This document shows positions 8,101 through 18,508 of a stretch of DNA of 55,531 bases, in pieces. The translations under genes and the position numbers were made by a program. Source of the stretch: a virus (taxonomy: Duplodnaviria; Caudoviricetes); IMG/VR virus record IMGVR_UViG_3300030419_002835, positions 1 to 55,531 of that record, one strand, 5' to 3'. Positions within the stretch are counted from its first letter, which is position 1. Every line of letters starts with the position of its first letter. The notes beneath the pieces were generated by a model. The model was not told the origin of the DNA, ran no database searches, and was given only the letters and a program-made list of their open reading frames with translations.

Positions 8101-11100
8101 GATTATCAAGTGTAGGTGTAGGTACTACAGCAAAATATCATTATTTTGATACTAAGCAGTATATCGATTTTGAAGCTAGTGGTGCTGGCAGTCATGTTTT
8201 CAATTATGAACCTATTACTTTAAGTCTTGTCGGTGAAATAGGAGTAACAACATTTAGTGGACAAGATTTTAATGCAGTTCTTCAACCAATTGTAAGAGGA
8301 TCTATTAAGAGTGTTCAGATTACGGATAATGGTTCAGGTTATGGTTCAAACATTATTAATTACAATAGACAACCACAAGTTCAAGTTCTCAGTGGAGAAG
8401 ATGCAGAACTTTTACCAATTGTAAGTAATGGAAGTCTTCAAGAAGTTTTAATAACTAAAGGTGGTAGTGGTTATAATTCTCCACCAACTTTAACAGTAAA
8501 TGGTGAAGGAAAGTATGCAAAATTAGTTCCAGTTATTTCAGGTGGACAGATTATAAAAGTTATAATTGACAGTCCTGGAGTAGGTTTTGCTACTGAAGGT
8601 ACATCTGTAGCTGTGGAAGAAAGTGGTGCGGATGTTAACTTTAAGTCAAATCTCGATACTTGGACAGTAAACTTATTTGAAAAATATAAGGATATTATTT
8701 CTGCTGATGATGGAGTTTTAGACAATCCTATTAATAGTGAATATGGTATTGAGTATACTCATTTATTTGCTCCTAGAAGTTTAAGAGAATCTGTTTATGG
8801 CAAAACTCAGGATAATGATATTAAATATGGAACATTTGATCTTCAAAAAATCAGTGAACAGGAAGTAAATTCTGGTTATCACTCTCCTATTTTGGGTTGG
8901 GCATATGATGGTAATCCAATTTATGGCCCTTATGGATTCTCTACTCCTACTGGTGGTACTATAAAACAAATGCTTACTGGTTATGAACCAGTAACTAAAG
9001 CTAATCGTCCTTCATTAAGTGCGTTCTCTCAAGGATTTTTTGTTGAAGATTTTAAATTTACAGATTGTGGAACTCTTGATAGGCATAATGGACGTTTCTG
9101 TATAACACCAGATTATCCTACGGGAACTTATGCATATTTTGCAACTATAAATCCTGGATCAGTTGAGGAAGTTCAACCCTTCAAGAACTATAGAGCACCA
9201 GTTTTCCCTTATCTAATTGGTAATACTTATAAGTCAGAACCTAATGAGTTTAATTTTAATAAGGATTCTACTCAAGCATCATATGATTTAAATGAATCAA
9301 ATTATTTTAGAAATACTACTCCATATTTTCTTACGGATAAAGATGCCCAATATAATTATGTGTTCCAACCAAATAAGGCAAAAGAGCAAACTATTAATAT
9401 TTCCGCTGTTACAACAGGTAGTATTGATTCGGTTGGTATTATAACTGGGGGAAGTGGTTATAGAGTAAATGATGCTGTTGAATTTGAAAGAGGTGTATCC
9501 AACACAAAATCAAAAATAGCAAAAGTTCTTGGTAAAGTAGTAAAGTATGTTAGTGTTGCTTCTTCTATTGCAAATGGATTAGAAATAATGCCAGTAGATG
9601 CAAGAGGATCTTATGTTGCATTTGCAGCTACTCCACATAATTTCCAAAATTTGGATCTTGTTTCTTTAGCTGGATTTAATACTTCTGTTAACCATCTTGA
9701 TAATTCCTTTAATATTGGAATTAGTACTGGTGAATATATTCTTAATGTGGGTGTTGGTACAACAGGTGTAACTGGAATTGTTACTTACTTTAATGTTGGT
9801 GGTAGATTAACAGATGATTTACTCTCTGTTAGAGAGAATGATATCTTTGCAATTGGTGATGAGAGAGTAAAAGTTCTTGCAGTTGATAATTTAAATTCTA
9901 GAATAAGAGTATTGAGAACACAGGATGGAACAGTATCTGCTGCTCATACAGCATCTACTGTACTTTATGAAGATTCTCGTAAATTTACATTTGATTCTGA
10001 ACCTGAAAATGATGTAACCTTCGAAATTAATAAGCAAATCTATTTCAATCCTGTAGAATCTTTAGCTTTGGGAGCAAGTTCTGGCGTAGGTATTGGAACT
10101 ACTATTTTCTTCTCTAATCCTGGAGCAGGAATTACTCAAGTCTTTATTGAAACTCAATCAATTTATCTTCCAAAGCATGGATTGAAGACTGGAGATACTC
10201 TTACTTATCAAGTTAATGATGGAGATTCTATAGGAGTAACTACAACTGGATCTAGTGCGGTTAATTTCTACTTACCTAATAATCAAACAGTATATGCTGC
10301 AAAACTTTCTGATGATTTAATTGGTATTGCAACTGTTAAAATTGGTTTAGGAGCAACAGGAACCTATATTGGTGTTGCTGATACTACTGCTAATGATGGG
10401 TTATTATATTTCTCTGGAATAGGAACAGGACTTTATCACAGCTTTAAGACAGTAAAAACAAATGTTGTCACTGCAGAAGCCAGTAAGAATACGGTAACAG
10501 TTTCTTGTGGATCAACACACGGTCTTAGTTTAAGAGATAATATTGATATCTCTATAGATGCGGGAATAACAACTAGTATTGTTGTAAAATATAATGATTA
10601 TAATAGAAGAATTGTTTTTGATCCTCTTTCATTTACTGCATCTAATGTTGATACTACTGAAAATACCATTACTGTTAGTGATCATGGATTGGTTAATGGT
10701 GATAAAGTAATTCATACGGCAACAACTCCTTCTGGTGGATTATCAGATCAGAAGATTTATTACATTTATAGATTTAGTAAGGATAAAGTAAAATTAACCC
10801 TTACAGATTATCAAACTACAGTTTTCACTCCCAAGTTTGTTGATATTACTTCTGCATCGGCTGGAACTCTTTCTCCAATTAACCCTAAGGTAGATGTTTA
10901 TAAAAACGATACAGTAGAATTTAATCTTTCTGACAGTTCTTTATCTTCTTTACATAATTCTACCCTATATTCTGCTTTCTCTTTAGATTTGTATAGTGAT
11001 TCTAATTTGACTGGTCTTGGACAGAGTTCTTTCCAGAGTCAATTTGATTCTTCCTTTAAAAATGATTATTTTGAAGTTTCTAAGGTTGGAAGAGTTGGTA

Positions 11101-14100
11101 TTGATACAAATGCGAAATTAGTCTTAAGAGTTACAGATCAAATTCCTGAAAACTTATATTATAAGTTTACTCCTGCTAACCCTAATAAAATTAGCGCACC
11201 TAAAGAAGAGATTTATATTGATACTGAGGTTCCTAATTATAACCAAGTTAATGTTCAATCCAGTAAATACTCTGGTTCTTTCAGTGTGGTGGGATTTGGA
11301 ACTACTTCTTTTGAATATAATTTAAAGGAGACTCCAGAAAGAGCAGAATATGATCGAACAACTGCAAGGATGGAGTATGAGACAAGTTCTACTTCTGCGT
11401 ATGGCGGCATCTCTGATATTTTAATAACTTATAGTGGCACTGGATATGAAAAGGTTGTTGGAATTTCTACTATTGTATCTACTTTAGGTGCGGGAGCTAT
11501 TCTAGAACCTTCTAGTGATACGATTGGAAAGATTACAACTGTAGAGATTGAAGATATTGGTTTTGATTGGCCAACAGATAATACTTTAAGGCCTGTTGCT
11601 AATCTACCAGAAATCTTAAGAGTAGATTCTTTAACCTCATTTAGGTTTATTGGAATTAGTTCAGTAGGTAAGGATTATACTATTGCACCTAAACTTGTTG
11701 TTCTAGATGGACTTACTGGTAAGCAAGTAACTGATGTTGATATTTTCTATAATATTGGAGATACCAGTGTAACTATTAGAAACAATACTTATGGTATTTC
11801 GAATGTAACTCCTACTATTATACCTACGAGTAATCCCAATGGAGTTGGTATTGCCACTGTTACTTATGATCTCTCAACTAATACGGTTGCTGTTGGATTA
11901 GACACTGCATTTAGTGATAGTGTTCCATTTGCTGTGGGTGATAAGGTTCTAATTGAGAATTTAAGTGTTGGTGTTGGAACAACTGGTAAAGGTTATAATT
12001 CTGAAAATTATGGATATAATAGATTTACTTTAACCGATGTTAATATTCCTCTGGGAGGAGCAATTGGTTTTGTTACTTATAGTCTTGATGGTTTTGTAGA
12101 TAGCGTTGGAGGTGAAATACCTGGTAATGTAGATTACCTCAATTCTGCTGGCCGAATGATAGCAGAAAAAGATTTCCCACAATTTGATATTCAACTTAAG
12201 AAGAATAATTACATTATAGGGGAAACTGTCACTGCTGGATCTAAAACTGGAATTGTAGAGAGTTGGAATAATGAAATCGAACTTCTTAAAACTTCTACAA
12301 TAAATGAATTAAATATTGGCGATGTCATTGTTGGAAAAACCTCTAGGACTCAAAGTAGAGTTAGAGAAAAAATCGATTTTAACTCTTATATTAAACTCGG
12401 CCCAACTTCGATAGTTAAGAAAGGTTGGAGAAAGGATACTGGATTCTTAAATTATGATACAGAGAGATTGCCTGATAATAATTACTACCAGAATTTCTCT
12501 TATTCACTGAAATCTAAAGTTTCAATGGATGAATGGAATGATGCTGTTAGTTCTTTAAATCATACATCAGGATTCTTGAAATTTAGTGATTTAACTATAG
12601 AGTCTGAAGATCCAAATTTTGGAGGCCCTTACTCAGATTATAGTGGAGCAACGGTTGATGTAGTTACCGATTTTGCTAATGCAATGGATCTTAATTCTTA
12701 TAGTAATTTTGATCTTGCTACAGAAAATGGATTAGCAATAGGAACAAAAACTATTTCGAATAACATATACTTCAATTCTAAAGTTCTTACTGATTATTAT
12801 GAATCTTTTGGTAATAGAGTTTTAGTAATTGATGATGTAAGCACACAATTCAGCAGTGAACCACGAGCTGAGAAGTTCTCTGTTGTTGATAAATTTGATG
12901 TTAAGCAAAGATCTAAAAAATATTTCACTTTTGTAAGAGATAAGAGATATACTGATCAAAGATCAGTTTCATTGGTTACTATTATTCATGATAATTTCCT
13001 GGGATATGCCAATAATTATGCTAAGTTACCAACAGTATATGATCAAGGATATTTTGATTTCAATATTGCTGGTTCCGAAGGACAATTATTATATTATCCA
13101 TCAAAATATGAAGACAATAATTACAATATAAGTGCTATTTCTTTTGATATTGATGATTCTATAAGTGGAGTTGGTACTACTGCTATTGGCCAGATTTGTA
13201 ATATTGAATCTACACAAACAGATATTGCTGCAGGAACTGCTACAACAATTGTTTCTATAGCATCTACTTACAGATCAAGTAAGATTATTGTGGAGATAGA
13301 TGGTGATAATGGTGAATTAGAATTTAATGAATTAAGTATTATTCATAATGACACTATTGCAGAAATTCTAGAATATGGACAAATGACAACTACTCCTACT
13401 CTCTGGGATAGTGGAGTAGGTTTAGGAACATTTGGTGTAGCGATGGCTGATGATCATTTGAATGTGAACTTTACTCCTGCGATAACAGGGGTTGCTATGA
13501 CAGCCAATACCGTAAGAGTTTCAATGTCTAGTAGTGAATCTACTGGTATTGGATCATTTACATTAGGTGGTGCAAGAGAAAATATTGGTTTATTAGAATC
13601 TCATTATACATCCATTGCATCTACTACAAGCCCTGGAATTCATACGGTGGCATCTTATTTCCATACCGGAGATACTGATTATGATCACTCTGGTGCATAT
13701 TTTATTGTAAGTATTGAAGATACTACAAATATGAAGTTCCAGATGACGGAAGTGGTTGTTGTTAATGATTCGAGTAATGCTTATATAACACAATATGGAG
13801 ATATCTTCACTGATGGTGATTCTCTATCTGGTATTGGAACTATAGGTGCTCTTTGGACAAGTGATCATACTTATCTTCAATATACTCCACCTGCAAGTGT
13901 TAATACTGCAGTTCGTGTATTTGGAATGGCTATTCAGTTAGTTGCTGTTGATAATACTGAGAATAGTGAGATTAATCTTAATAATGCTTCTATAACTGCA
14001 GGTTATGGATTCTATTATGGAACAGGAACTGCGGTTAAGAGAGAATTTGCTCTAAAACATAGAGAAAAGGATATCTTTAAGAGATCAGTTGATGCTTCAG

Positions 14101-17100
14101 ATACTGATGTTGTTGATTTATCTTTAGATACTGTTACAATTCCAGAGCATTTCTTTGTTAGTGGTGAAGAACTTATCTATTCTTATGACACTACTCCTAT
14201 TGGAATAGGAACTACTGATGGTTTTGTTGGTGTGGGAACTACTGATCTTCTTCCTCGTAGTGTTTTTGCAATCAAGGTTGATGATAAAACCTTGAAGTTT
14301 GCTACTACTGCTGAGAATGCTTTAAAAACCACTCCCGTTCCTATAGACATTACTGCCGTAGGTGTTGGAACTAGTCATTCATTTACTTCAACTCAACAAA
14401 ATACCAAGTGTCTTATTACTATTGATAATTATTGTCAATCACCAGTTGTTGCAACTTCTGTTACTACAGGAATTGGTAAAAGTCTTAACTTAACAGATGA
14501 TGGAGTTATATTCCAAGGTATTACATCTTTCTTTGGTGGAGATCTGGTTAAGGTTGATGATGAAATAATGAAGATTAGTACCGTTGGGTATGGATTGACG
14601 AATAGGATTTTAGTTAATCGTCCTTGGATGGGAACTGCTCTTGGTGTACACTCAGAGAATGCAATTGTAACTAAGGTAGAGGGTGATTATAATATTGTTG
14701 ATAATACACTTCATTTGATTGAGGCTCCTCAAGGACCCACTCCTATTAGTAGTACAACAAATCCTCCTGAATCGGTTGATTGGGTTGGTATCACCACCTT
14801 CTCTACTTTCCAGGGAAGAAGCTTTATGAGATCCGGTGCAGAGAATAGTGCAAAACAACCTTATGCAGAGAACTATGTCTTTGATGATATTGCTGGTAAG
14901 TTTGATGCTGTTACTAAGAGATTTACATTAACATCTGATCAAGAAAATATTAGTGGATTCTCTACTAATAATGCAGCAATATTAGTAAATGGTATTTTCC
15001 AAGGTCCAACTGGTACTTTGGATACGGATCAGGATTATTCTTTAGGTGAGAATGCAGGTATTACAAGTATCTACTTTACTGGAACTGCAACATCGGTTTC
15101 ATATGATCCTAATAATGCAAACATTCCTGTTGGTGGAATAGTTATATCGGTTGGATCTACGAAGGGATATGGATATCAACCTTTAGTTGCTGCAGGTGGT
15201 ACAGCATTAGTTTCTACTTCAGGAACTATTACATCAATTGCTATTGGAAATACTGGTTCTGGATATCGTGTTGGAGTACAAACCGTTCATGTTGGGATTC
15301 AAACTTATACTACTGGTACTGTAGTTCCTATGGGAATTGGTACTGCCCAGATAACCAATGGACATATTACTGGAGTTGCTGTTACTAATCTTTCTGTAAT
15401 TTACAAACCACGGGAAATATGGGATGTCGGTTATACCTCCACAACTGGTGTTACTACTGTAACTACTGCTACTCCTCATGGATTACTTACTGGTGATGAT
15501 GTTATCATAACTGGAATTGCATTTACTTGTGATTATGCTCCCATAGTAGGGATTCAGAGTGCAGATTATAATAATACCGCTGGTATTATGACAGTCACGA
15601 CGAGTTCTAATCATGGACTGTCAGCATTTAGTACTACAACTCCAGCTAACAGTAGTCATGTAGTTCTAGCAGGATTGGCAATGTCTTGTGCTATAGATGC
15701 TGGAGTTTCTACTCACATCTATCCAAGAAATAGGGATCCATTCTATGATACTTCAATTCCTATTGATTCTGTCGATGCCACAACTATTACTGTTGGAGTG
15801 GGTACTGCTAAGACATTACAGCAATACGCACATACATTTGTAAGCGCTGCTACTAGTGCTGTTATTGCAGGTGGTGAATATTCACACACCTTTAGATATG
15901 CTGTGGGTGGTGGAGTTACTGCAAACACTGGAATAGGATATACCCCCTCAGACGCTACATATGATCCTGTAACGGGTGATATGGTACTAACTATGGTAGG
16001 ACATGGACTTACCACTGGAAACACCGTATCCTTCGCTACAAGCGCCTTATACTTCGCATGTAGTATGGATGGGTATGGTAGTGATCATGGATATCCTCGT
16101 ACCACAGATCCTGTTGCTGGTATAGGAACTACTATTTCTTCAGTCACTACAGATACTATTACAGTTAATGTAGGAACTACTCCTGTTTCTTTCTTTGATG
16201 TAAGTGCTGCAACTTATACACAGTCTACAGGTGCTTTACAATTAACTATCGGATCTCATAGTTTAACTGCTGGAACCAGTATTAAGATATTAAAGGAATC
16301 TTTATCATTCAAGTGTTCTGCAGATAGTTATTCAAGTGTTCACAAATATCCTCGTGCAGGGGATCCTACTTATGGTGGTGTAGCTGTTGTGGGTGTTGCT
16401 AGTGCAACTCAATTCTCAGTAAATGTAGGTACTTCAACTGTTCCAACTGTTTATCAATCTGGTGGAACAATGCAAGCAGCGATTATTGCACCTAGAGCCC
16501 AGAATGCTTCTGCTAATAAGCAAGATGGTGCTTGGGATGGAACTGGAAGTATCGAAGTATTGGATAGTAAGAGATTCACATTTAATGCTGGTGTATCTAC
16601 TAGAACTCACTTCTACAATAGAGGTGGAAAGGTTAATAAGAACTTAAAGGTTGTATTTGATTCACCTCTTTCTTATTCTGATATTCCTTTAATCTATAGT
16701 GAAGACTCACCTGGTGTTGGGGTTGGTACAACTGCAACTGTTAATATTGTAGTTGGACAAGGATCAAGTATAATTGATTTCGAAATTCAAAATCAAGGAT
16801 ATGGTTATGGTGCAAATCAAATTTTAACTGTTCCTATTGGTGGGGCAACAGGAATTCCTACTGATCCTTCACTTACATTTGATGAGTTCCAACTTTCAAT
16901 TGAAAAAGTTGCATCTGATTCATTTGCTGGATGGCATTTCGGACAAGTTGAAATGCTAGATCTTATTCAGGATCAGTTTGATGGAATTAAGAAACAATTC
17001 CTCCTTAAACTTAATGGCTCATCTGTGACAATTAGAGCAGCGGCTGGATCTGCTATCGATGTTCAATCAACTCTTTTAGTATTCATTAATGATATTCTAC

Positions 17101-18458
17101 AACTTCCCATTGAATCTTATACATTAACTGGAGGAAGTGTACTTACATTTAATGAGGCTCCTAAAGGAGCTAATAGAAAAGATGGTAATGATTTTGCAGG
17201 TGATAGTTGTAAGATTCTATTCTATAAGGGTAGTGGTGATACTGATGTGATCTTCAAGGATATTTTAGAAAGTGTCAAACCTGGTGATGACTTAACTATG
17301 GAGAATCAAGATGAAAGATTAGTAATGGGTGTACCATCTTCTGATACTGCTGAAACTAATCCTTATGAGGGTATAGGAGTTGATGGAAGTCCTACTAATA
17401 AGAGAGTTGTTACCTGGACTAAACAACGTGCTGATAAGATTATTAATGGACAGGTTGTAAGTAAGAGTAGAGTTCTGAATGAAGCTCTTATACAACCAAC
17501 TACTAATATAATTCAATCTGTTGGTATTGGTTCTACTGAAATTTATGTTGAAAATGTAAAAACTTTCTTTGATTCTGATGCTGAAAATACAACTACATCT
17601 AAGAAGCAGAAGATTACATTAACTTCTCAGAATAATATTGTTGGTGCATCTGCTACCGCTGTTGTTTCTGTTGCTGGAACTGTTTCTTCTATAACGATTG
17701 GTGCAGGCGGAACAGGATATACTTCTGCTCCTAGTGTTAGTATTGAAACTCCTGTTGGATTGGGAACTACTGCAAGAGCAGAAGCAACTTCTACTCTTAC
17801 TGGGGACACAGTTTCTGCTATCACTGTTACAACTGCAGGAGTAGGATACACTAGAACTTCTATTCCTCAAGTTTTAATTCAGACTCCTAAACTTATTAGA
17901 GAAACAAATACTAGTGATACATATACAGGAGACTTTGGTGAAATTGTTGGAATAACATCAACAACGGTAGGAGTAGCTTCTACTGGATATATCTTTGATT
18001 TATTCATTCCTATTGAATCATCTCTAAGAAATACTGATGTAGTTGGAACTGCTATTACTGTAAGTACTCTAGCGGTTGCTGATTACTTTGTGGTTAACAA
18101 TAGTAATGTTGGAAGTGCGGTAACTTCACTTTATCAAGATAGTTCAATTCTTGGAATAGGAACTCAATTCCTAGATAATGTATATGAAGTTGCTGCTGTT
18201 TCTACTGCAACTACTGCAGTAGCTGGTGTGGGTATAACTTATGTTAGAAGAGTTACTGTAAGTGTTGAAGATCTTGGTGATATTAGTGGAATTGGATTAA
18301 CAGAATTCTATGGAGACTTCTCCTGGGGCAAGATTACTCTGGGATCTAGAACTAATGCAGCTGCCTTTGATGCGTATACCCGTAAGGGTGCAACAGGAGT
18401 TTCCACAGGTGCTATTGTTACCAGAGTTGAACCACTTAAATATCAAGACTATTCGTAA
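5121..18458 (+). CDS. g7: Giant baseplate wedge initiator gp7-like protein (4445 aa) with YHYH-like domain and multiple repeats
   Basis: Between g6 and g8; N-terminal QLPAFVREDFP and FYTSKGT...F..LYG; later YYQNFSYSLKS...LNHTSG motif of gp7. Confidence 0.85.
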   Translation: MISTDLQRVQTQDIVENQLPAFVREDFPLLPDFLRQYYISQEYPGAANDLIQNIDQYLKLESLTTNTESTKLSGDLSILDTTVNVSFASTESIYGTYQFPDKYGLIQIDDEIILYKSKTDTSFVDCQRGFSGVTSYDNIDAKDQLTFKESSVAKHTNGAKIVNLSALLFQEFLTKIKYQFTPGFEDRELDSELDKRLFISRANDFYTSKGTDDSFKTLFGALYGESVDVIKPKEFLFRPSDAQYRVVKDIVVEAISGDPSQLLNQTLFQDANSAYGIPKAYAPITDVERVLYGGKEFYKLSVDFNYQLDIPLEGSIFGEFSVHPNTKIINNVSAGATVISVDSTVGFPAEGELITHFNAGINTVGILTYTSKSVNQFFGVQGVDTAIDNLRDIRLNTNAYGYVGIGTTTKVEVRIGSVLSTPIIDEETYYYSEDDTIKIKSLGITTASPRTYSWLYNLATSFSIKSLTLIDASDYTYEVETYTENDIGVGDNIAVVNTAGVEYTSSVTGVINPTTFSIVGQGVIDGVPGTVKRKLLKPEVSAVLSKYNYIESNTANVQNSYVNFDHDVLIAAPSLPYYADRKLNFYDRELTLNGSYEGETFTITDRDEHGYYTGDPVYYNNNVTETTVDNVVVKTISQFDNMDPGIFYMKRINGTQFKLASSQANLYNEEYISVSGIVTSNTIIPSDFHNKILQHQNLIRQFKEPSKKSGIYETEPGKTGMLINGVEILNYKSQEIVYSGTLTSIDIASEGSDYDVINPPILSIQDATGVGATGVVAVKGVFEAIDIIDPGFDYVSKPILTISGGNGINATATVNTKYIDHSVSFNATAASARVNIDNDTIGFSTYHKFRNAEKVIYKTDAQRAVTGLTTDAIYYVNVATASTIKLYPTEADLIVGINTVDLTGYGEGVHRIEAFNQKQILSNIVVDNGGENYENKQRSCSPAGINTASDQVNIVNHDYNSRDIIKYSNDSTAVSGLTDDTSYIVTRVDANNFRLSSVGVGTTAKYHYFDTKQYIDFEASGAGSHVFNYEPITLSLVGEIGVTTFSGQDFNAVLQPIVRGSIKSVQITDNGSGYGSNIINYNRQPQVQVLSGEDAELLPIVSNGSLQEVLITKGGSGYNSPPTLTVNGEGKYAKLVPVISGGQIIKVIIDSPGVGFATEGTSVAVEESGADVNFKSNLDTWTVNLFEKYKDIISADDGVLDNPINSEYGIEYTHLFAPRSLRESVYGKTQDNDIKYGTFDLQKISEQEVNSGYHSPILGWAYDGNPIYGPYGFSTPTGGTIKQMLTGYEPVTKANRPSLSAFSQGFFVEDFKFTDCGTLDRHNGRFCITPDYPTGTYAYFATINPGSVEEVQPFKNYRAPVFPYLIGNTYKSEPNEFNFNKDSTQASYDLNESNYFRNTTPYFLTDKDAQYNYVFQPNKAKEQTINISAVTTGSIDSVGIITGGSGYRVNDAVEFERGVSNTKSKIAKVLGKVVKYVSVASSIANGLEIMPVDARGSYVAFAATPHNFQNLDLVSLAGFNTSVNHLDNSFNIGISTGEYILNVGVGTTGVTGIVTYFNVGGRLTDDLLSVRENDIFAIGDERVKVLAVDNLNSRIRVLRTQDGTVSAAHTASTVLYEDSRKFTFDSEPENDVTFEINKQIYFNPVESLALGASSGVGIGTTIFFSNPGAGITQVFIETQSIYLPKHGLKTGDTLTYQVNDGDSIGVTTTGSSAVNFYLPNNQTVYAAKLSDDLIGIATVKIGLGATGTYIGVADTTANDGLLYFSGIGTGLYHSFKTVKTNVVTAEASKNTVTVSCGSTHGLSLRDNIDISIDAGITTSIVVKYNDYNRRIVFDPLSFTASNVDTTENTITVSDHGLVNGDKVIHTATTPSGGLSDQKIYYIYRFSKDKVKLTLTDYQTTVFTPKFVDITSASAGTLSPINPKVDVYKNDTVEFNLSDSSLSSLHNSTLYSAFSLDLYSDSNLTGLGQSSFQSQFDSSFKNDYFEVSKVGRVGIDTNAKLVLRVTDQIPENLYYKFTPANPNKISAPKEEIYIDTEVPNYNQVNVQSSKYSGSFSVVGFGTTSFEYNLKETPERAEYDRTTARMEYETSSTSAYGGISDILITYSGTGYEKVVGISTIVSTLGAGAILEPSSDTIGKITTVEIEDIGFDWPTDNTLRPVANLPEILRVDSLTSFRFIGISSVGKDYTIAPKLVVLDGLTGKQVTDVDIFYNIGDTSVTIRNNTYGISNVTPTIIPTSNPNGVGIATVTYDLSTNTVAVGLDTAFSDSVPFAVGDKVLIENLSVGVGTTGKGYNSENYGYNRFTLTDVNIPLGGAIGFVTYSLDGFVDSVGGEIPGNVDYLNSAGRMIAEKDFPQFDIQLKKNNYIIGETVTAGSKTGIVESWNNEIELLKTSTINELNIGDVIVGKTSRTQSRVREKIDFNSYIKLGPTSIVKKGWRKDTGFLNYDTERLPDNNYYQNFSYSLKSKVSMDEWNDAVSSLNHTSGFLKFSDLTIESEDPNFGGPYSDYSGATVDVVTDFANAMDLNSYSNFDLATENGLAIGTKTISNNIYFNSKVLTDYYESFGNRVLVIDDVSTQFSSEPRAEKFSVVDKFDVKQRSKKYFTFVRDKRYTDQRSVSLVTIIHDNFLGYANNYAKLPTVYDQGYFDFNIAGSEGQLLYYPSKYEDNNYNISAISFDIDDSISGVGTTAIGQICNIESTQTDIAAGTATTIVSIASTYRSSKIIVEIDGDNGELEFNELSIIHNDTIAEILEYGQMTTTPTLWDSGVGLGTFGVAMADDHLNVNFTPAITGVAMTANTVRVSMSSSESTGIGSFTLGGARENIGLLESHYTSIASTTSPGIHTVASYFHTGDTDYDHSGAYFIVSIEDTTNMKFQMTEVVVVNDSSNAYITQYGDIFTDGDSLSGIGTIGALWTSDHTYLQYTPPASVNTAVRVFGMAIQLVAVDNTENSEINLNNASITAGYGFYYGTGTAVKREFALKHREKDIFKRSVDASDTDVVDLSLDTVTIPEHFFVSGEELIYSYDTTPIGIGTTDGFVGVGTTDLLPRSVFAIKVDDKTLKFATTAENALKTTPVPIDITAVGVGTSHSFTSTQQNTKCLITIDNYCQSPVVATSVTTGIGKSLNLTDDGVIFQGITSFFGGDLVKVDDEIMKISTVGYGLTNRILVNRPWMGTALGVHSENAIVTKVEGDYNIVDNTLHLIEAPQGPTPISSTTNPPESVDWVGITTFSTFQGRSFMRSGAENSAKQPYAENYVFDDIAGKFDAVTKRFTLTSDQENISGFSTNNAAILVNGIFQGPTGTLDTDQDYSLGENAGITSIYFTGTATSVSYDPNNANIPVGGIVISVGSTKGYGYQPLVAAGGTALVSTSGTITSIAIGNTGSGYRVGVQTVHVGIQTYTTGTVVPMGIGTAQITNGHITGVAVTNLSVIYKPREIWDVGYTSTTGVTTVTTATPHGLLTGDDVIITGIAFTCDYAPIVGIQSADYNNTAGIMTVTTSSNHGLSAFSTTTPANSSHVVLAGLAMSCAIDAGVSTHIYPRNRDPFYDTSIPIDSVDATTITVGVGTAKTLQQYAHTFVSAATSAVIAGGEYSHTFRYAVGGGVTANTGIGYTPSDATYDPVTGDMVLTMVGHGLTTGNTVSFATSALYFACSMDGYGSDHGYPRTTDPVAGIGTTISSVTTDTITVNVGTTPVSFFDVSAATYTQSTGALQLTIGSHSLTAGTSIKILKESLSFKCSADSYSSVHKYPRAGDPTYGGVAVVGVASATQFSVNVGTSTVPTVYQSGGTMQAAIIAPRAQNASANKQDGAWDGTGSIEVLDSKRFTFNAGVSTRTHFYNRGGKVNKNLKVVFDSPLSYSDIPLIYSEDSPGVGVGTTATVNIVVGQGSSIIDFEIQNQGYGYGANQILTVPIGGATGIPTDPSLTFDEFQLSIEKVASDSFAGWHFGQVEMLDLIQDQFDGIKKQFLLKLNGSSVTIRAAAGSAIDVQSTLLVFINDILQLPIESYTLTGGSVLTFNEAPKGANRKDGNDFAGDSCKILFYKGSGDTDVIFKDILESVKPGDDLTMENQDERLVMGVPSSDTAETNPYEGIGVDGSPTNKRVVTWTKQRADKIINGQVVSKSRVLNEALIQPTTNIIQSVGIGSTEIYVENVKTFFDSDAENTTTSKKQKITLTSQNNIVGASATAVVSVAGTVSSITIGAGGTGYTSAPSVSIETPVGLGTTARAEATSTLTGDTVSAITVTTAGVGYTRTSIPQVLIQTPKLIRETNTSDTYTGDFGEIVGITSTTVGVASTGYIFDLFIPIESSLRNTDVVGTAITVSTLAVADYFVVNNSNVGSAVTSLYQDSSILGIGTQFLDNVYEVAAVSTATTAVAGVGITYVRRVTVSVEDLGDISGIGLTEFYGDFSWGKITLGSRTNAAAFDAYTRKGATGVSTGAIVTRVEPLKYQDYS

Positions 18459-18467
18459 TTAATATCC

Positions 18468-18478
18468 CTAAATAAATA
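18468..18478 (+). promoter_or_regulatory. T4-like late promoter before g8
   Basis: CTAAATAAATA in the intergenic region. Confidence 0.65.
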
Positions 18479-18508
18479 AAAAATCTCTGTCCAACAAGAT
18501 ATAAACTA

